This document shows positions 26,261-30,130 of a stretch of 30,130 nucleotides of DNA, one piece after another. Position 1 is the stretch's first letter. The number at the start of each line of letters is the position of its first letter. Location: positions 1-30,130 of the IMG/VR virus record IMGVR_UViG_3300043185_000109; one strand, written 5' to 3'. Below the pieces are notes generated by a model. That model was given only the letters and a program-made list of their open reading frames with translations. It had not been told where the DNA came from and ran no database searches. A program made the position numbers and the translations under genes. The DNA is from a virus. Taxonomy: Duplodnaviria > Caudoviricetes.

Positions 26261-26949
26261 GCCCCGTCCCTCCCAGCAAACAGATTGACAAAAGCAGACG
26301 TATCCGAGGAGACCCCGAGCTGTTCCTTGTAGGCGTCCCAGTCGCGTTTCTGCGCATTCGTCAGCACGACAGAGAGCGGATGTCGCGCCTGGTCGGCGGG
26401 GGGAGTTCCCTGCCACGGCCTGGCGCCGTCGGGAGGCTCCTCGTCAAGCAAAAAAGGCATGGCCTGCTTCGGGTGTAAGGCCGACTTCAGTTCCGTCTCG
26501 TCCCACATCAGCGTTAAGTCAATCTCCGTCGCCAGACACTGCAACACGGCAGGATCAAAGGACAGGTTGACTTGTGCAATGCGATTGGCGGCAAGTGCAA
26601 TCTGCTTCGCGCGCGGGTCTTGTGCGCTCGGAATGTCGGTGCGCACTTCGACGATAGGGCGTGTGCCGTCATGTTCGAGGACAATAGCCTCGTCGGGGAA
26701 CAGCAGCGCCGATTTTTCGATGCGCGCCGAGCCGTCGATGATGTTCCCATTCGCCGCTGCCGTCATGCCGTCAAAGAAGCCATTGCGACGCATGGACTCC
26801 TCAAGCATGACCATACCGCGCTCCGTGTGGCGGTTCGTATTCTCCGCTTGCGGAATAAACTTGGAGAGTTTATCAATCTTGAGACGAGGCGGCGCGCGCT
26901 CCATGTCGTCGCTCACCCGTGGCGTATTCTCTTCCGTTCTCTGTGTCAT
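26257..26949 (-). CDS. ParB/sulfiredoxin-like N-terminal domain protein
   Basis: N.NRH...LEESMRRNGF...IIDGSAR...LAANRI matches the phage ParB-N pattern (N..H...L..SI..FGF...IIxGxxR...ADNR). Confidence 0.72.
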   Translation of the reverse strand: MTQRTEENTPRVSDDMERAPPRLKIDKLSKFIPQAENTNRHTERGMVMLEESMRRNGFFDGMTAAANGNIIDGSARIEKSALLFPDEAIVLEHDGTRPIVEVRTDIPSAQDPRAKQIALAANRIAQVNLSFDPAVLQCLATEIDLTLMWDETELKSALHPKQAMPFLLDEEPPDGARPWQGTPPADQARHPLSVVLTNAQKRDWDAYKEQLGVSSDTSAFVNLFAGRDGA

Positions 26950-27210
26950 TCCCCGATCTTATACTCCAGCCTCAGGCAAAAGAGCAAGAGGGGAGTCATG
27001 GTTTTCCTGGTTGAGACGGTTCATGGGTCGAGGGCAGAAAAAAGTGTCATAGGCTTTTTTTCGACCGCAAATGGCCCAAGAGCAGGCGATCTCCCTGAGC
27101 CAACCCCAAATCACGGACCCGAGAGGTCGAAGGTCAGGAATGCGCCATTGCGTTCGTCATTGTGCCAACGCTAGCACAGTGCAGGAAGTGACTGAGATCA
27201 TAGTCGACCG

Positions 27211-27422
27211 ATACCTCTTCACGATACCTCTTCACATACCTCTTCACGTGCACACACACGGGAAGAGGTACGTACTCTCTCTCTTATAAATCTACATCAT
27301 AATAATTATAATATATATATATTATATACTTAGCTTATGTGAGTGAATGTAAACCATCACTCGGGTACGAACGCACGCAGACGTGAAGAGGTAAGGCGTG
27401 AAGAGGTAAACGTGAAGAGGTT
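27211..27422. repeat. Putative replication origin: inverted iteron arrays around an AT-rich core
   Basis: ATACCTCTTCAC at 27211, 27224, 27236; reverse-oriented CGTGAAGAGGT at 27382, 27397, 27411 plus a variant at 27259; AT-only palindrome at 27307-27326. Confidence 0.75.
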
Positions 27423-28753
27423 CATTCGGGGAGTTGTAAGATCTTTTTCGTTCCTTTTTCTCCTTGCTTCTGTACGATAAGTCCGCCAGCGTGCAAGAGT
27501 TTCTCTATTTGTTGTGATATTTGAGCGTATCCGCCGTGTCGTTTGAGGCGCTGACAGATAGCGTTCTTTGTCGCGGACGAATCAGAAGCAACGACATGTA
27601 AGATCAGATTATCGAGGTCGCTATAAGCTTGCATCGTAGGCGTCAGACTCGGCACTTTCTCAGCGAAGAGATAACGGAGAAATGAGAGCGAAGACTCGAC
27701 GGCGGCATGACCAGCGCGTACCTGGCTAAGTGAGATAGACGATGACCGCATGGACCACGCCAGGAGCGCGGGAATACGACGAGAGTAGACATGAAGTCGC
27801 TTATAGACTGAAGCTTCATCCTCCTCCTCAATTTCGTTATGAAGCGGCTCAAAGAGCTGCGTACCCCAGTAGTTGTTGATTGCCGCCGCATCGACATCGT
27901 AGACCGAGCGCATGGCGACGCCATGGCCGAACGCATGTCCCAACGGCAGATTCTCCTCGGCATACGCACGTAGCGCCTGTTCAGGAAATGCCTCGTAATC
28001 GGCATCGTATCGCCACGGAATAAACGAGCCGGGCACGATGAAATGTCGATTGATGAATCCTGACTTGATGTGATGCGCCTTGACTGAGGCGCGAAACTCA
28101 TTCAGCGTCGTAGTACCGAGCAACGTCAGGACAGGATCGGAGACAGAGATACTGTCCGTGACGCCGCGCTTCTCCGTCCGATTGACCTCGAGGGGATGAT
28201 CGCCGTCATAGCATTCATTGAGTTTTGGCAGCAGCGACGAGCCGTGGATATCCATATTGTCAAGTAGTAAAGTCCACTCGGAAAGCAGCAGCGCCGTCGG
28301 GACCGCCTGCAAACCCATGAGGATTCCCTCCTCGTTCGTGAGACGCTCAGCGATCAAATACGGAAGCGCCTGACCGGATTCGACCGAGTATTTGCAGCGG
28401 TACGCGGAGGGGAGCAGCGCGCGACAGAGGCGCGTCGCGAGGCTCTTCCCGGTGGACGACGCGGCGACGAGGAGATAGTACCCCATGCCGTGCAGCGGCG
28501 CATGGTAGCTAAGATTGAGATTGCGATGCGCGCGGGCGGAGAGCGCCGCCGTGACGCCGACCCACACGCGCCAGTCGCGGAACCCGAGGATATCCGCCAC
28601 CTCGGCGTAGGGACCGACCCACACGTCGTCAGGACACGGAAAGGAGGGCGCGGAGATGGCGCCCTCCCGTTCACGCTCCATTAGCACGGCGTTTTCTTGC
28701 GCGTCGATATACGTCCGGATCGGCTCATCGCCGTTGTCGTGCGCGCCCATCAT
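27422..28753 (-). CDS. P-loop replication protein / helicase (DUF3987/YfjI-like) with a C-terminal winged-helix-like region
   Basis: Walker A AASSTGKS, SGQAL, Walker B-like LLLSE, L.ECYDG, LTLLGTTT, SGFINRHF; SD before ATG 28753. Confidence 0.7.
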   Translation of the reverse strand: MMGAHDNGDEPIRTYIDAQENAVLMEREREGAISAPSFPCPDDVWVGPYAEVADILGFRDWRVWVGVTAALSARAHRNLNLSYHAPLHGMGYYLLVAASSTGKSLATRLCRALLPSAYRCKYSVESGQALPYLIAERLTNEEGILMGLQAVPTALLLSEWTLLLDNMDIHGSSLLPKLNECYDGDHPLEVNRTEKRGVTDSISVSDPVLTLLGTTTLNEFRASVKAHHIKSGFINRHFIVPGSFIPWRYDADYEAFPEQALRAYAEENLPLGHAFGHGVAMRSVYDVDAAAINNYWGTQLFEPLHNEIEEEDEASVYKRLHVYSRRIPALLAWSMRSSSISLSQVRAGHAAVESSLSFLRYLFAEKVPSLTPTMQAYSDLDNLILHVVASDSSATKNAICQRLKRHGGYAQISQQIEKLLHAGGLIVQKQGEKGTKKILQLPE

Positions 28754-28895
28754 CCGCCTCTTTCTCCGTGCGTTTGAGATAGCGGTCAATGGCGCGGCGG
28801 ATGAGTTCCGCGCGCGGGGCGCCCGTTTTCTTCTTGACATCCTCAAGCAACGCCAGTTGCCGAGGCTCTAAATCCAGGATGATTGCTTTTTTCAT
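28725..28895 (-). CDS. Ribbon-helix-helix (CopG-like) regulator
   Basis: MKKAIILDLEPRQLALLEDVKKKTGAPRAELIRRAIDRYL is a typical RHH pattern. Confidence 0.85.
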   Translation of the reverse strand: MKKAIILDLEPRQLALLEDVKKKTGAPRAELIRRAIDRYLKRTEKEADDGRARQRR

Positions 28896-28901
28896 ACGAC
28901 G

Positions 28902-28931
28902 AAGATATACATAGATATCCTTTTGCGTCAA
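28902..28931 (-). promoter_or_regulatory. Putative promoter for the RHH-replication operon (leaderless transcript)
   Basis: TTGACG-18 nt-TATCTT, then 6 nt to ATG 28895. Confidence 0.55.
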
Positions 28932-28945
28932 GAGAGGCTCTGGGT

Positions 28946-29506
28946 ATGCGTCAAGAACTGCTTGATTTTTTCTCCGACCTGCTCACGCGGCATGTGCGTC
29001 GTCTCGTCCAACGCGGTGAGAAACTGACCGGCTTGTGTCCGTTCCATGCCGAACAGACCCCGAGCTTTACGGCGCATCTCGGCAAAGGCGTCTATTATTG
29101 TTTCGGGTGCGGCGCCGGCGGCGGCGTGGCCGCCTTCGCCACAGCCGTCGGTGAGCCGCTCCCCTGGCGTCGACGCGATTCCCCGCTCCCCGACCTGGTC
29201 GTTCTGCGGCGCCGCTTGCACCACGCCGCCACGCAGGAGTTTCGCGCATGGAAGGCGGAGAAACGCCTTGACGCGGTAGCAGACTTCGCCGCTGCGGAGG
29301 CCGCGCTCCGCAGCCTCGCCGCGTGCTTTCGCTTTGCCTTCCCCCCCGCCGACCAGGCGCGGCTCCACCGTCTGATGGACGAGCAGGGCGCCGCGCTGCT
29401 CGACGCGATTGACCGCTTTGATCGATATGATCTGAATCCGCTGCTGGACGACGCGGCGGCGCAGCGGGAATGGGTCGACGAACGGACCGCCCTGGAGCGA
29501 CGATAG
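28946..29506 (+). CDS. CHC2 zinc-finger protein (DnaG-type zinc-binding domain without TOPRIM)
   Basis: GLCPFHAEQTPSF...YYCFGCGAGG; GAGAGG SD before ATG 28946; short helical C-terminus. Confidence 0.85.
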   Translation: MRQELLDFFSDLLTRHVRRLVQRGEKLTGLCPFHAEQTPSFTAHLGKGVYYCFGCGAGGGVAAFATAVGEPLPWRRRDSPLPDLVVLRRRLHHAATQEFRAWKAEKRLDAVADFAAAEAALRSLAACFRFAFPPADQARLHRLMDEQGAALLDAIDRFDRYDLNPLLDDAAAQREWVDERTALERR

Positions 29507-29609
29507 TACGAGCACGGCCCGCGCCGCACCCCACGGACATGTGGAGACGCGGTAAACATGTTTGTAAGTATCGAGAATCGTTGAACAATTAACATACGGA
29601 AGATAGTGC

Positions 29610-29638
29610 TTGACAAGCATGCGCGCAATTGCTATTGT
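29610..29638 (+). promoter_or_regulatory. Strong sigma70-type early promoter
   Basis: TTGACA-17 nt-TATTGT with extended -10 TG. Confidence 0.75.
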
Positions 29639-29709
29639 GCATGTATGCAGAAGAACCGCTCAGAACTGGGGCGCCTGAGCGGAAAAATTTAAGCTCTAGG
29701 AGAAAGATC

Positions 29710-30024
29710 ATGTCCAAGAAAACCCAAGCGTTATCCCTTTCCTCCCTTCCCGCTGTCGTCGAAAAATTCGAGCGACGGCAGGACCGTCTGGAAAACCCAG
29801 ACGGCGCCTTCGACAAGAAGGGCCGCTGGTACCCCAGCAAAGACGAGCGGCAGGAATGCTGCTCGTCTATTCGTTATCCGTCCCGAGCGTGGCCGTACTC
29901 GTACATGGTCCACTGCCGAACACTTCAGCACATCCAGCATCTGCTGGGTGTGGCGAAAGAACAGTGGATTAGACGCGCGCGCAGCAAGAAAGTGGCTGCC
30001 GCGCTTGCCGCTCGCACCGCCTAA
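29710..30024 (+). CDS. Hypothetical early protein with Cys/His cluster (104 aa)
   Basis: AGGAG SD; GRWYPS...CC..IR.PSRAWPYS...HCRT..H. Confidence 0.75.
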   Translation: MSKKTQALSLSSLPAVVEKFERRQDRLENPDGAFDKKGRWYPSKDERQECCSSIRYPSRAWPYSYMVHCRTLQHIQHLLGVAKEQWIRRARSKKVAAALAARTA

Positions 30025-30032
30025 CCCCGCGT

Positions 30033-30054
30033 CCTGCCCCCTTCGGGGGGCAGG
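30033..30054 (+). other. C-UUCG-G tetraloop hairpin after the early gene
   Basis: CCTGCCCCC-TTCG-GGGGGCAGG, 9-bp stem, no U-tract. Confidence 0.7.
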
Positions 30055-30108
30055 CTCCCACTCCCAGGGCGGCTCAGTCAAGAGCGCCCTGAGCGCAGGA
30101 GGACAAGG

Positions 30109-30130
30109 ATGAAAGCGAAAACGACGAGTT
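30109..30130 (+). CDS. Start of the next early gene (truncated)
   Basis: AGGAGG SD followed by ATG AAA GCG AAA... Confidence 0.6.

Noticed and set aside
26261-26416. Longer 448-aa start for the radical SAM ORF
   Set aside because: Overlaps the ParB-like gene; ATG 26260 has an SD and ATGA coupling.
27211-27422. Repeats as a mini-CRISPR array
   Set aside because: Units are only 11-13 bp, lie in both orientations and have no spacers.
28928-29628. Minus-strand ORFs of 173-230 aa
   Set aside because: Antisense to the clear CHC2 zinc-finger gene.
30033-30054. Intrinsic terminator call for this hairpin and the one at 3926-3950
   Set aside because: Neither has a U-tract; recorded only as hairpins.

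Overview
The window is a near-complete morphogenesis region of a GC-rich, long non-contractile-tailed (siphovirus-type) dsDNA phage or prophage, plus the start of its replication/early region. A tightly coupled minus-strand operon runs from about 26950 to the left edge: ParB-like protein, SPL-like radical SAM enzyme, Arg-rich small protein, small and large terminase, portal, minor head protein, scaffold, P22-type coat, head-tail connectors, tail tube, tail chaperones with a -1 frameshift, 1725-aa tape measure, tail tip/fibre genes, a sulfatase-superfamily enzyme embedded among tail-appendage genes, and lysis-type membrane proteins. At the right end are an iteron/AT-rich origin-like element, a P-loop replication protein, an RHH regulator, a stand-alone CHC2 zinc-finger protein and early genes behind a consensus sigma70 promoter. 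The best candidates for new biology are (1) the ParB + radical SAM + protamine-like peptide cassette coupled to the terminase genes and (2) the tail-module sulfatase with a non-canonical formylglycine motif and a possible frameshift fusion to the upstream gene. No integrase, tRNA or CRISPR array was seen. All family assignments come from motif recognition by eye, not database searches.
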